A stretch of 64,000 nt of DNA from Raillietiella orientalis (taxonomy: Eukaryota). Both the position numbers and the translations under genes were made by a program. The stretch's first letter is position 1, and the number at the start of each line of letters is the position of its first letter. The DNA is taken from positions 10,106,001 through 10,170,000 of the forward strand of contig JAYWIR010000001.1 of NCBI GenBank assembly GCA_036172245.1. Reading direction: 5' to 3'. This document shows, one piece after another, positions 1 to 12,950 of this stretch. The notes beneath the pieces were generated by a model that saw nothing but the letters and a program-made list of their open reading frames with translations, was not told where the DNA came from and did not search any database.

Positions 1-322
1 GCGGAATTTTCGGGATAGACCTCTCCTTCAGCGTGGTGTGCACGAGTCGCCACCATTTGAAGGGTCTGTTCCCCCCTCGCGCGCCGTCACCGGAAGACAC
101 CGCCTTGCGTGGTGAGATGTTGAAATGTGACCTCACACCAGGGTGCCAGCAGGTGGTCAAGCATTCAAGGAGAGGTGGGAAACGAAAGCAGACGAGCCAG
201 CCGGGAGCGTGCGGAGCCAAACGTCCTGAAGCTGTCCCTGCTGAAAAAGGAAGATGATGGAAGTCTTGGACTTCCGGGTCCGCTTGGGGTCACGAAGTAA
301 GAAAGCGTGTTTTTGGTTGGCC

Positions 323-1273
323 CCCGAAGGGTCAAAAGAAATAAACACGTGTGCTTATTCTGCATAGATTACTGTACAAACTTATTTTAACATGCATAAT
401 TATTCCTATTTATTAACATACATATTACTAAGAGTACTATTAATGGAACAGACGTATTTATTAAGATTCAGTGACATACATTTTATTAATAAAATTGATA
501 AGCTGTTGATTTTATTGTTGATATGTGCATGAAAAATTATAAAAAATGAATAGATACGCTTATTATACACACTAGTATTTATTAATAATACGAATGCACA
601 TAGGAATATACATATGTGCACAAATGTAAATAGGGAAATGTAAATACATGCATATACACATATATATGTATGTAAATATGCATATGCATATATGTTTCTA
701 CATACACATGTATATATTTACGTAAACGTACGTATATGGGTGTATTTGTATACACCTATATTTACACAGATATGTTTATATATGTATGTAAGAAATATAT
801 CTTTTATGGATCCTTGGATATCAAATTTTCGCTTTTGTTAATGTGATTTGTTTGCATTTTAATTTTTTTTCCACTGTTTTCACCACGGCAACTTTTTATT
901 TTCAAAAGTTCGATATTTATCTATTCAATTAATATACTTAAACACATATATGAATACATATAATAAGCGTATATATGTTTATTTTTTTATAATCTTCATG
1001 ATATGTATTATGAATCCACATATTAATATTTATATAAGTAAGCGTTTTGTACACTTTTAATATATATATATATATTAACAATATAATCAACAACTTATCA
1101 ATTTTATTAATAAAATGTACGTTACTAAATCTTGATAAATACATCTGTTCTATTAATATTACTGTTAGCAATATGTATGTTAATAAACAGGAATAATTAT
1201 GCATAGTAAACGAAATTTGCTTAGTCATCTGTGCACAGTGAGCGGATGTGTTTCCTTCTTGTAACCTTTCGGG
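323..1273. mobile_element. AT-rich foldback / MITE-like element with long imperfect inverted arms
   Basis: 323-~560 is an imperfect reverse complement of ~940-1273, e.g. ATGCATAATTATTCCT.TTTATTAACATACATATT.CTAA and CATTTTATTAATAAAATTGATAAG on both arms. The spacer is TA/CATA low-complexity sequence. No clear TSD. Confidence 0.8.
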
Positions 1274-1416
1274 ATTTTGGGCTGGACCCGTTTTGGATGA
1301 GCCTCGACGAGAACTTCTGGAAGACCGAGTCCCCGGAAAGTGTCCAAGGGAGACCTCGGTTCGGAACCGCACCCACCTCCAGGGGCAGGGAAGAACCGTT
1401 GGTAGGGAATGCTTAC

Positions 1417-1559
1417 CCCGTTTTCACAAAGTTCCCCCAGTAGGTCATCATGATCTCCGACATGAACACGTCGTTTTTGGTGAAGCTGTAATTGTAGGGA
1501 ATCTGCCCTTTGGACATCAGAGGATAGCCAAATAAGTAGGGGATCTCTATCAGTGGCTC
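1417..1559 (-). CDS. Neuroligin-like gene, coding exon 5 (gene continues beyond the left edge or in exons not recognised)
   Basis: tttcag|GAG...ACGGG|gtaag, phase 0 to 2. Translates EPLIEIPYLFGYPLMSKGQIPYNYSFTKNDVFMSEIMMTYWGNFVKTG, matching the carboxylesterase/neuroligin PYxFG...MxYWxNFxKTG motif. Not shown in the ORF track. Confidence 0.9.
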
Positions 1560-4277
1560 CTGAAATGAAGGAACAGTTGGGCCCAATAGCGACTACATAC
1601 CCCTTGCAGACCCTCCAAGCCCGACCCTGTGATTCCCGAAGAGAGAGCTTCCGGAAGCCGTGCGCTATGCATACAGAATCAAATTGTGAAATGGAAAGAC
1701 ATAAGTTGGCCACGCAGCACATGGCAGGGAAGGTGGAACGGAAAACGCTTCGAGGGGTGCGCATTCCCCAGAAGCATTTAGACTGAGGAAAAGCAGCAAT
1801 CAGTCAGCTTGGGAAGAAGTGGGAAACCGTCATCGCGAGGGCGAGGCGAATCCAATGCCTGAAAGACCTCACGGCGCCAACCACGAGGATCCTCGAACTG
1901 CCTGAAGTGAATCCGCCCACCCTCGTCCATCGCGGGCTTCAGCTGGCAGGCCACATAATCCAATGCATGCGAATGTGGCCGGAGAGAGCGTCCGTTTCCT
2001 AGCTACGGCTACGGTGATTCGCCAACGTCTGGTTAATCTCGCACTGACACCTGTGGCGCGCAGATGCGACCGCGGAACGGAAGGAGGAAAAATTTTGGGT
2101 TTCAGCAAACCGCCGAGCGTGTGACTGAATCAACACGGAATTCCTCTTCGGGCTAATCCGTGAGATTTGCTTCCCGCGTGAGAACCGTTTGAGTAACGAC
2201 GCATGACCGCGGGGACCGCACATCTCTTCCTGCTTCAGAGTGAACTCAGCAACAAGTTGCGACCAGCACGAGCACGAATTTGGGGGGGAGGCCAGCAGGC
2301 CTTGCAAGGAAAGAGGGCAATCAGAACTGGAAGGGAACCGAAAGGGTTTCTGGCATGGCAAAACGCTCCCCAGAGCCTCGAATGAGGAATTCGTCCTTCC
2401 GCAGAACAATAAAGCGATATTTTCTTTCCAGCCTTCCCTCACTCTCGCGAATTCGTATTTCTTAAGTTGGCATTGATGCTTCGTGCTTGTACGTTCCTGT
2501 CACTCATCGTTCCATCCACATTAATTGCCATTATCCCTTACTTGATCGTCAATGCTGCTTTCCGTTCTTATCTAATTAGCATCCTCTTTTCACATGCAAA
2601 TATGGAATGTAGGGAAGCTGTGTAGCTGGGAAGCTTCTGCATTGAGTGGCACGTGGATGGTAACTTTGTTAGGAGGAGCGTCTTAGCGGTGGAAGAACAC
2701 CGAAAGGGGCTGGGATGACGGCTGAGGTCCCAAAGATCAAATTTATTCCTTGTTGTTCACTGGGAAGTGTGCGGCGACAGGGAAACTTTGGCGTGGGCAA
2801 CTTCGGCTGGGCTCGAAGAGATCAAGATAGTTCTCCCGGAAGTGGAGTCTACTGCTGACCGGTTCTTCCTGCTTTCAGGCGAACCGCTTCCTTGTGAGGC
2901 AGGTCGGGCACGCCCAAGCCTCGAGGCTACATTGTCAGCGAAGGTTCAGCTGCGTCGTGACCGCGCTCCCCAGCGAGGGGGTCACGCCAAGAGACAGCTC
3001 GCAAGATCCCGCGCGAACTCGGCGAAGCGGATGCGGACGGGCTGCGATTCGGTTGGCAAGGCTTGGCGACGGCCAAAGAAGACTCCTTCGGGAGATGCTC
3101 CTCACCCTCGATGACGTGCGCCACCGCCATGCCGGGCTCCGGCTCGCGAAGTCGACGGGACACGGGGTTCCGGCGGGGATTTCCTGCCAAGACCTCCGCC
3201 GCCGTGCCCACCGTGCAGGATGCTCCAGGCGCTCAACTCCCCCCCCCCATACGAGCTGGCCAGAAGCGTTTTTAGGCGAGCGCTGCTTGCAGTGGGTTTA
3301 CAAATCGATACTTTTGAGCCGAGCGCGCTGAAACTGCGATCCTGGCCCGACTCTCGGTCGTCAACGTAATCAGCGGGGCAACCCAGTGCATCCCAAATAG
3401 CGCCCTGCAGAATACAAAATGTCGCAAGCGAACGATTCAGGCAGCCGTGCAGCTCATTCGCGATTGTACAATAAACTCAACGCTTCGTCGCGCCGAAAAA
3501 GACACAAGTCCGAGGAAGCATCTCGGAATGATTGACTGGCAGCAGCAGCAGAGGCGGATCAATGAACGTTCATTGATGTGGGCAGCAGCACGTGTTTCTT
3601 CCTGTCGGAAAGAACGTATGTACATGCCTTCCTCGTATCGTGGGCTTCCAAGGAGTAAACTGCATCTCCCGATGGCTGGCGGTGCTGTTCACTGCTTAAT
3701 CATCGGATCACACAATCTAATTACGCGATCTAATTAAAAAATGATAAGAGGGAAACGCTTTTTGTCGTGCCTGCATCCCACGTGACTCTTGCAATGGAAA
3801 TTAATGCAGCCGTTTTAATAGATTATCCATTTCCTCCCTTGGACAGCACTGACTTTATTCCGGAAACCTATAATAGCGGTAATAATTTATTCGAGTGGCG
3901 ATTAAGCGATGGTATCCGTGCCATGGATGTGCAATTTATTCACTCTTGAACGCAGCAGCCTGGCAGAGTGGCTGCGAGACGTCTCTTGCCCGTGGAGGCA
4001 TATGGAATGGGCAATTCTGCCGGGAGCGTTCGAGAGCACGGCTTTTCCTCTTGCTCTGTAGCAAAAATTCACTGCAAAGGAAGTCTCGGCAGCCAAAGCT
4101 ACTCGGCGTCTCAAGAGTGCTAATTGGAAGTCCGAGGAAATTGAGACGCAGATTGCAATTTTCAGTTTGCAGTTTCATCAAACGGAGAAGAAACCTTTCA
4201 CTCCGAAAGTTCAGCCTAATTTCAGCTAACCCTTTCCCCGTCCCTTTTTCCAGGCACACATTCCGAATCAAACTCAC

Positions 4278-4870
4278 GTGAGGGAATGTTCCTTTACTGT
4301 GGTTCAGCACATACAGAAACGTGTTTGGGTTTCTGGAGGAATGCAGGTTTGCCTCTTTAATCACGCCGTTGACGCAGTTCATGTCCATGTACACGTCCAA
4401 TGGGTTCGCAGCTTTCACGGAAGTGCCGTCTTCGTACAGACGCCTGATGGACGCCAGAGTTTCTTCTGGAAAGAGCTCGTTCAAGTATCTCAAGATTGCC
4501 GCGTCTTCCGGATGCGGTCCTGCTCTTCCTTCCGAGCCGGGCAGTCGGTGAGGAGATCCGACACCGATCAGGAGATCAGTGTACGGTGCTATCCTCTGCC
4601 ACTGCTCGGGAATCATTCTGGGATCTTCAGGGATAAGAACTCTGTCAACTATGGGACCGAAAGGCATCGTGGAGATCGGATGCTTCACCTTCGCGTTGAG
4701 GAAGTTCTCTAGAGGTTGGTTTCTAAAGCAGTTTGCCAGCCTCTCGTTCTCGTCGGACAAGGGGCATTTCAGGATTTTGGCCAGTTCGAGGGTGGTGCTT
4801 GTGGCATCACTAGCAATCGACCACGGCGAAAAAGATGATCCACTCATCAAAATAATGCGCTTCAGCAAAC
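4278..4870 (-). CDS. Neuroligin-like gene, coding exon 4
   Basis: tttcag|GT...CAC|gtgagt, phase 1 to 0. GLLKRIILMSGSSFSPW...CP...NCFR...FGPIVDRVLIP...DLLIGV...TFLYVL, within ORF 3936..5114. Confidence 0.92.
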
Positions 4871-5199
4871 CTGAAATATTTATCTTTGTAGTGCTATGCA
4901 TGAACTGCTGATTCGCGGAAGAGCCAAGTGCGGACGTGGCCGTTTCATCAAGTCCGCACTTGATGAAACGTCCACGTCCCCCAGGAAGAGCAAGCGACTC
5001 AAAGTCAACACTTGAGAACTGGGGACTGAGAATTGATCTTTTGTTCACGCCACGGTTTCCCATAATGCAACTAAGAACGGATTTCCCTCTCGACGCACAC
5101 GGAAGCAAAAGCATCTTCGTGATCTCAACGAGTCCGGTTCCTTCTTCCTCGAGGAAGTCTTCGGGGTTTCCGAGGAAACGACGTTAAAGAAACGCGCTC

Positions 5200-5750
5200 A
5201 AACAACGGGTTCCGTCTTACGCTTCATCGTCCAACCGCTCATCCCACAGTATCAACCCTTTTGGCACACATGGTGTTCCCGAGAAGATGATGCTGAAAGT
5301 TTCGTACCGAAGGCGGACGTGGAAGTCCAGCAACTTGCTTGGCTGTGAGCTGCTGTGGAGCCAGGCGTGCGCGCCACCCACCACGGCGGGTCGCGCACCA
5401 CACCTATCTGCCTGAACTCCGCTGGATTCTTCGTCCCTGAGGGCGCTTGCGGGCAACGAACCAGGCACGGGACGGACGCCATTTTCGAGTGGATCGCAGT
5501 TTGCCATTCCGGAGTCGCTTTTCCACTCCGGGGATCGAGTGCGAGCGCGCAGATCTTTCACAGGAGAAGAAGCAAACGACCGAATCCACCACATGAAACG
5601 CTCAGTGGTTGCCGCGGGCGATTCGTAGCTAAGCGTCCATCTACAGAGAACGTTGCGGTGCCTTCTCCTTCTCAACGAGTACTCGGGAACGACCGTGTGC
5701 AAGCATCAGCCAAATCTTCGCGCTGAGAAGTTGGGAAATTTGCTGCACAC
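5200..5750 (-). mobile_element. Decayed non-LTR retrotransposon RT fragment
   Basis: WWIRSF...LENGVRPVPGS...GVQADR resembles the LINE RT run WIxSFL...NGVPQGS...YADD; heavily mutated. Confidence 0.35.
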
Positions 5751-6825
5751 GTCCATTTTTTCTCCCCCCCCCCCCCCTCGGTACCGCAGCAACGTCGACT
5801 TGATGACAGTCCGTCGAGAGGAAGGATAGTTTTCTGATAGACGCAACGACTTTTCGCGATCGAGAAAATGCAATCTTCCAGCCCTGACGACGTGGAAGTC
5901 GGCAGGGTAGGAGAAAGTTTGCAGTCCGCGGTGGAGGAATTCGTGCCTGGCCGTCTTTCGCTTCAAAGTTTCGAATCCTCCGCACATCTTTAATGAACAG
6001 GAGCGAAAAGACCGATAAGAAAAGGGAAAATCCTCAACTTTTGCGACCGCTGCAGCAGCAGCAGCCGCTCGTGCTGCGCTCGTGGGCAACTGCCGCTAAT
6101 CCGGTAAACAGGATCCCTCTCTCACGTAGTCAGCGGTAAAATTTTGGGGATTCCAGGCGACGCACTCTCTTCCCTTCTTTCCCTTTCCTTCTAATTTAGG
6201 ATGTTCATCCGTCAGATTATGCAATCAGCATTCGCTCTTGTTGCTAATTGTCAAGCCGGAAAGTAACAGAGCAGCCTGGTTGCTGTTTTTTCCCTGATCA
6301 GACACTCGGAGTGCTGACGACGCTCGCAAAAGCGTCATTCAAAACTGTCAGTAACTCGAAATCCTCGTTCCCGAGCACTCACATTTTCCCTCCATTCATC
6401 CAGCGTCTTCCCATCTTTCGTAGGCATCTCTCGAGATACGCAGCGGTGTTCGCTGTCAACAAACAGACGAGGAAGACGATCTGCAAATGAGGAAGAGAAG
6501 GTGGACAGCTCCCAGGTCACGACGAAGCAGCCCCCTTTGCATGCAACGTCCCGGAAGAACCAATCCCGGAAAGTGGACATCCCTAAACCTCGAACCGGGA
6601 AATCCACCCGACACTCAAGCGTACAGCTCGCGGTCTTTCTAACGGTTTCGAGCTGGCAGGTGATCCGAGAATGGCGGTGCCCTTCCAATGCCCGCATCCA
6701 ACGTGTCTTTTTCAGAGATAAGTCATAGAAGCGCGACTCTTGCGACATGGTACCAATCACGAGACATTTCGCATGATAAATGCCCGCCCTACCCCTTCCC
6801 CTAGCCACCCTTCAGATGCTCCTAC

Positions 6826-7014
6826 CTCGAGTGACGGGAGACATGGACAGAATGTTCACGCAGCACGCTCCAGTCCCATGCCCGGACAGGGAGATTTTGT
6901 TGGGATCTCCACCAAAAAGAGAGATGTTTTCCTGGATCCACTGAAGAGCCGCTATCTGGTCGAAGAGGCCGAAGTTGCTCACGGCGCTGGGTCCCGTGCT
7001 GGGACGCAAGAAAC
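6826..7014 (-). CDS. Neuroligin-like gene, coding exon 3
   Basis: tttcag|GT...CGAG|gtagg, phase 1 to 1. GFLRP...NFGLFDQIAALQWIQENISLFGGDPNKISLSGHGTGACCVN; GHGTG replaces the esterase GxSxG, so the catalytic Ser is absent, as in arthropod neuroligins. Confidence 0.95.
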
Positions 7015-9699
7015 CTGAAACACGTGCCATGATCGGAGGTGGACTTACGCCGCGACCCTCCAGAAAATCCACCCCGTAGCCCCTCCCTCTTCTAAACCAA
7101 CAACCCCCTCTTCATCGCGCCAACCGTAGAAGCAGGAGCGGCTAATGAGCACTTCCCGGCCTTCCGCATTTGCGCCAAGCTTGTGTGGGCATCGCAGCTC
7201 CTCAGCCCCATCCGGGAAACGAAGGGCACTACGCCCGTTCCGCCTCCGAAAGGCCCAAGTGTTGATTTTTCCCTTGCAGCGTCCTCGATTCGGAAGGAAG
7301 AAAGTACGGTTCACGATCTTCAAAAGTATACGGGAAAAGATCATATGCATCGGGCAATCAATAAAATTTGACAGATACTGTATTGTATCTCCACGTGGTG
7401 CTCGACGAAATGCGAAGAATACATTCAATGAGGGGATTCCCGGTGTGCGCATTATAAACATCCATTCTTGCATTTATCTGTTGCGATTGGGCTGATGATT
7501 GCCAATAGAAACGGGGGACTCATTGCATCAGATAATCTGTTTCCTCGTCTGCATTCCTCTCGATATCGCATCGCTGGACAGATCCGCTTTGCATTTGCGC
7601 GCGCGCTTGTGGACGCCTGCTGGTGCCGCTGGGCATCATGTTTTGCTCCTCGCCGCTGCAAATCATGGAGGCCGCCAACCTCCAGTGTGTCTTCTGCGAG
7701 TAAACACGGAAGCGTCCATCCCGAGATTCCCTTATCTCCGCCGCCTGCTTTCCGAAGAAAGCGCGTGACGTCCCTGTGAATAACGAACGACCAGACTCGT
7801 CATCTGTGAAATCACCCTCCGTAAGCTGTACTTAGAAGATTTCGTTTAATGGATCGTTTGATTTCTTTGATTACACATTCATCCGTTTACCCTGAGGGTT
7901 TTATTTTAACGAAGAAACGCCAAAACGAAAAGGGATTACCGAACGCATGGTTTATGGCAGCTCTTTGTCATTTTTACATACTATGCCGAAGAGCAAACGT
8001 AATTCAGTGTTTCCAAACTCTGGAGAGCTAATCGAAAATTATAGGATTTGAGCAAACTGGCAGTCTTCGGCACTGCAGACTGAGAAAAGCCCTCGCATCA
8101 TTTGGATTTGCTGTGGACCAAATATAAAAAGCAATCCGTCTTTTTCTTCCTTTTACTCCCTCTTATCCGGCCGTGATGGTGTTTTCTTCAGAAGTTTCTT
8201 AAGTGGGCCAAAAAAAACGCAAAAAAAAGGCTCTCGAATCGCTAAAAGAAAAAAAGCTCAACACTCTTCTGCTGCCTCACGCCATCATTCAAGAGCCATG
8301 GTAGATCCTTGGTCTCAGACTGCAAAAGTCTTTCTTTCGTTTCATCGAAAACACAGTGCCACCTCCTGGCGATCCTCGGAAACAAGAGCAGCAGGGCGAG
8401 CGAGCGTGGAGGGGAAAACCATGACGACAGAGGAATGGGTCGAACGCCGAGTACGTGTAGTATGGCACCCGTTCCACGAGCTCACGCGTTCGTGAGCAAC
8501 GAGTCAGGAGGCGCATGGTCATCGTGGAGGTGCCTCGGAGGACCTCAGCAGGGAATCACACGGGTTGCGAGCACCGGAAGGGCGCCGTCGAGCAGCCACG
8601 TTCCGGGAACGGAAGCTGTTGGAAAAATTCGCGGCAGCAGGGGAGGCCTGCGCGAACGAATTCGGTCATCCACGAAGAACGAACACGTGAGGGAGTTTCC
8701 GTAGTGATTACGGCGGTAGCCGACTCAGCCTCCTACACGCCTTGGAGATTACTCGGATGCAGTTCATGCGACAGTACCCGGAACCGTCTTCACGAGGGTA
8801 CGAGATAGGGTAAAAAGCTGGTGCGTGCAGAGATTGCGAAAATTGTTTCCTCGTGTCCTAAAGACGGCAGGATGCTCGCGTGCAAGAACGCATTGGCATG
8901 GACGAGGGCCCGCCGTAATTTCATTGTGGGAAAAGTCAGACTCGAAGATTTCAGAGACGAAATGCAGTCTTGGGGTTCAAAGGAGTGTGGTGTTCGCGCG
9001 CTGGAGTCGTTCATCCTGGAGACTGAATATCGAAAACACACGTAGCAGTGAGAGTTTCCTCAGACCCATTGGTCCAGGGATTCGTTGGAAGTGTGTGCTG
9101 GTCGTTTCTCATGGATGTCTTGTACACCGAAGAATGAGTACAGGAGATCCTGAAATTTATCCTCCCACGCGTTGCGCGCTCTCAGCTCGAAGCGTGATCT
9201 GGGATAGATCCAAAGATACAGGTAGGCTTAGTGGGGATGCTCGAAAGCATTCCGGAATCTGCCACTAATTAGTCGCCCATATTTTTCATTGCCCACTTTG
9301 ATCGCAGTGGGCACTAAGCTCTTGGAGCTGCCAACCATTTCTGGATACATAAAATTCCCCTCGGACGTGGGGAGCTCACTGCGGGAAAGAGCAACGTCCT
9401 TTAGCCATAAGCCCCTCCAGAAAGAAAAAAAAGTGTTCTTGCTGATTAATAGGGAACAGTGGAGCAAGAGGCGCGGAACCAAACGACAGATTTTGTTGAC
9501 AAAAACGAGGACATCATTCTCGGCATGCTGAAGATTTGGTCCATGCCAAATCTCGGAGGGAACTCGAAAGTTTCGAAGTTTTCAGAGATGCATCAATTGC
9601 ATGCCTCCGCTTCCTAGATGTGGTGCGCTCGAAAATTCCTGGAGTACAATTCTGTCTAAATTTCCCATCTATTCAGCAATGGGTGGCGGCAAATAGGTC

Positions 9700-10490
9700 T
9701 TTAGGGACCGGGTTAAACAAAAAGGTTCCAGTGAAAACAAACACTTTCGACATCAGGAAGCTGCGGACGATGGTTTTCTGCTTTACGGGGATGCTGGAGA
9801 GTACTTGGAATTCTCGAAAGTTTTTCCCGTTCTCGCAGGAAGAATATCTTCCGTCTGGCACGTTCCTGACATGCTGCTGCTTGGAATGCATGGGGATCTG
9901 GTCGATGTGTTGCAAGATTTGAGCGAAGAAAATTTCCTCCGGTGTTATGCGGAAGCGTCATCTTTTGGTTCCGGCGGCAAGCGCATGCACACGAATGCCA
10001 CTCGGCCATATGGGCTCACTGTGATTTACAGAAATAGACACTCAGGTGTTCCATGTGGTGGGGCATCAGGAAGACTTCATGCCGCTGCTTTTGTCTGTCC
10101 TTTGCATAATTCATAATTGCTCTATGAGATTTCCTTGATCTCTCCAAGATGGCTTCATGCAAAGGCGCAGCAGTGACCTTCGCCATGGGCGTGCCAGAAA
10201 CCAGTGTTTGGTGATGTGCAACCGAGAAACGCGTCATGAAACGCTGTCTTCTGCCAGCAACCCCCATCAGATGCTGCTTCACGGGGGGCCACCATTGTTT
10301 CTTTTGAGTAGCTCAAGTGTCGCGGGACCAGTGCTGTGGATGCCAGCGGCTCTCCGATTGCTCCAAAAGTAAACTGTGAGACTTCCGTTCCTGAAACACT
10401 CGTTCCTCGCTGCTTGGTAAACCCGTTGGGGGTCTGCTGGTCCGCGTCACTCGAGTGCAGCTGCCTGTTCCGCGAATTGTGAGTGCACGC
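9700..10490 (+). mobile_element. Decayed Bel/Pao LTR retrotransposon integrase region
   Basis: In order across shifting frames: FLTC...DVLQDLSEENFLRC...MHTNAT, WWG, GLLVRVTRV; these match Pao integrase FTC..HLEvVxDLSxexFL..SDNaTNF, PWWGG and C-terminal DGxVRxxxV. Confidence 0.55.
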
Positions 10491-10829
10491 TTGTTGCTGT
10501 GTGGTATCACGTGACACACGTATCCCTCCGTCGAGGGAAGGAATTTATCTCAGTGAAATGCATCACAGTGATCCCTACAGGTGGACGTCCTCAGACCTCA
10601 GAATGTACATTTGCCGTGTTCACCAATAAGGACCCAGCATTTCCATGTTCCAGAGTTCCATTACGCATTGCCAGGTCACTCTCGGACGCTTCGATTTACT
10701 TGGGCTGCTCGAGCAGGGGAGTCGTGAAAAGCGTTGGTTGCTGAGGACACCTCATGTAGTCGCATCCCTACGGTGAGATTCCACGTCCTATCCCTTCCCT
10801 TCTCGCTCCCCACCCTCCAGTGGGACCAA

Positions 10830-11900
10830 GTTTTCATCCGCTGCCGCTTCCAAGCTCACTCTTCCGGCAGGGCGAAAACTCTTGGGCTCGTCGGGTTGCT
10901 TGAGTAGACATGAGCCGGCGCTGGGCCACAGCAGAAGAGAAAGTGCACCTCCTCCTCCTTACCATATTTCCGTCGAGGTCTAGCGGGTGCCTGCTGCTGG
11001 AACGAGTGGCTTTTCCAGACAGAAGGCACCTCCTAGGAGTCTCTCGATGGGTGGCGTTCTCGAGCTTGGCTCCGGCTGCTGTGCTGTCCACTGTTTGGCC
11101 TTTTCTTCTCTCTTCGATGTACGCATGTGTTCGTGTTCTGTCTGCGTCGATTCCACTCAGGAAGCTCCAGTATTGTTTCAGAAGAATGCAGCGGGAGTCA
11201 AACAAGGCGGCAACTCGCAGCTGGTAATCGCTGAGGTCCCACAAGAAGGACTTACTCAAAGAAAGAAGAGCACGCACGCTCACAGAAGCGTTAATCAAGG
11301 AAGCAGCAGATAGCATCGTGGTCTGTTCAGAGGATGAAACCCCGACGTGTGACCATCGAGAACGAAACGACGGATGACGCTCGGAATAGAGCCTGTCGGA
11401 GCAGGTCGCGCCAGAACAGTTCTGTCTTCCCCCTCTCCTCCTAGTCGGTAGGGAGCTCAATGGCTGATGCCTCCGACAACCGCACTGCATTCGAAAGAAA
11501 ACGGACCTTCAAGAATTTCCTTGATTAAGCGGTTCCTCAACCTGGAGCAGACAGGCTTTTGCAGCTTCACGAGAAGGTCAAGTAAGCAATTCTAAAGGGT
11601 CCCATCTTTACTCCGCCGAGCCCCCATGCACTTGCGGCAGAAGGAAACGCAAAGATAACATGGATGGGACTGCGGCGCTGCAGTCCAAAGAGCAAACGGT
11701 GCCAGCAAGTGGTGTCCGCATGGAAGGAAAAGACTGCCATCGGTTCATCTCCGAAGCGGATCATTCTCTGTGCTTTGTGGTTCGCCTGAGAGACGTAGGA
11801 CACGGTGATTGCTCGTTGCACCCTGGAAAGATGTCCGTGGTGTTGAGCGCACTCCACCGAACAGGAGGATTTCTACGCAGAGCCCTCATTCATTATGAGC
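10830..11900 (-). mobile_element. Decayed non-LTR retrotransposon RT fragment
   Basis: ORF 10834..11490 carries HPSFRSRWS...LLSLSKSF...LLKQYWSFLSG, resembling QxGFRxxxS...LDxSKAFD...LLxxIxSFLS. Confidence 0.45.
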
Positions 11901-12239
11901 GCGCACCAGGTGACGGGAGGTTCGATCTGTCAACGAACTTGCACTGCGCACACTCGAAACAGACGGAAGACGTTGGCACCAACCGGGAAACCATGTCGAC
12001 CAAGCTCCTTCAAGATGGAGCTGCTCGTCCATTCAAAGGAACTTCCCACTCGGCCCGCTGCCCTAAGAATGCGAGCTGAATGGCAGGCGGGGGCGGAGCG
12101 ATTGGCACGGTCAATGTGGCCGCTGATCGACAAAAATCAGTCTTCACGCCGATTTCCGACCAGCTTGAAAGGGGAAGCAGAAGGTCTGCAACAAGCAGCT
12201 AATCTCCCCATCGCGGGAAGATGCCCCCGTTGGAGACCG

Positions 12240-12950
12240 TGTGGCCGCGGTCTCCGCTAGTACACCAAGCCTTGCGGGTTCGAATTCCACCCAAGGAAAG
12301 ATTGACATCAGAGAAACGGACGCATCGTTGAGTTCGAGTCCAACCCCTTCCCAAAGGATGGCCTACAGGTTTCGAGTGCGGCAATGGTGGTAGCTGGAAA
12401 CCGTATGTTCCCATTGATTGGCCGGGATTGGGAACTGACCCTTCAGGGGTCCCTCCAGGAACCAAGGAGTCAGGTTCCCTTCGGGGTTCATCCCCCGGTG
12501 GTGAAAATGGAGCCGTACTACGGAGTTGGTTGGTTCCTCCATCAGGGGTTTGTCTCCGGGATGTAAGAAGCGCGCTGCTCCCTTAGGGGAGCACCCTTCA
12601 GAGAAAATTGGGAAACGCCCCTTTGGGGATCCCTGCAGAGGAGGGAAACAGGGAGCGGTTCCCTTACGAGCGACCTCCGGGGAAGAAATTCCGGGAGCGG
12701 TCCCTTCCAGGGGGTCCCTCCTGAGGAGAAGTGGAGAGTAGTGTTGTCCGAGGGGTCCCTCCAGAGAGGATGAGGAAGAGGTAGTTTCCTCCGGGGTCCC
12801 CTCCCAGGTATAAGGGGAACGGAGTCCCTTCTCTGGAGCCCTTCCTGGATTCATGAGGTGATCCCCTCCCAAGATATTCCCTAACTTGAAGAGTCAACAT
12901 GCACCCTCGGCTGGCGTGGACAGCGTTAAAGAGTTTCGTAAACCCTTTTA
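12240..12950 (+). mobile_element. tRNA-headed SINE-like repeat, copy A (near full length)
   Basis: B-box-like GGGTTCGAATTCCACCC near 12277, then a ~650-bp body alignable by eye to 22340-23110 (CCCTTCGGGGTTCATCCC, GGGAGCACCCTTCAGAGAAAATT, GGAGCCCTTCCTGGAT). Confidence 0.75.

Noticed and set aside
1-1410. Next neuroligin exon (expected to begin with a DPN-like motif)
   Set aside because: The AG acceptor candidates I read give no neuroligin-like translation; probably outside the window.
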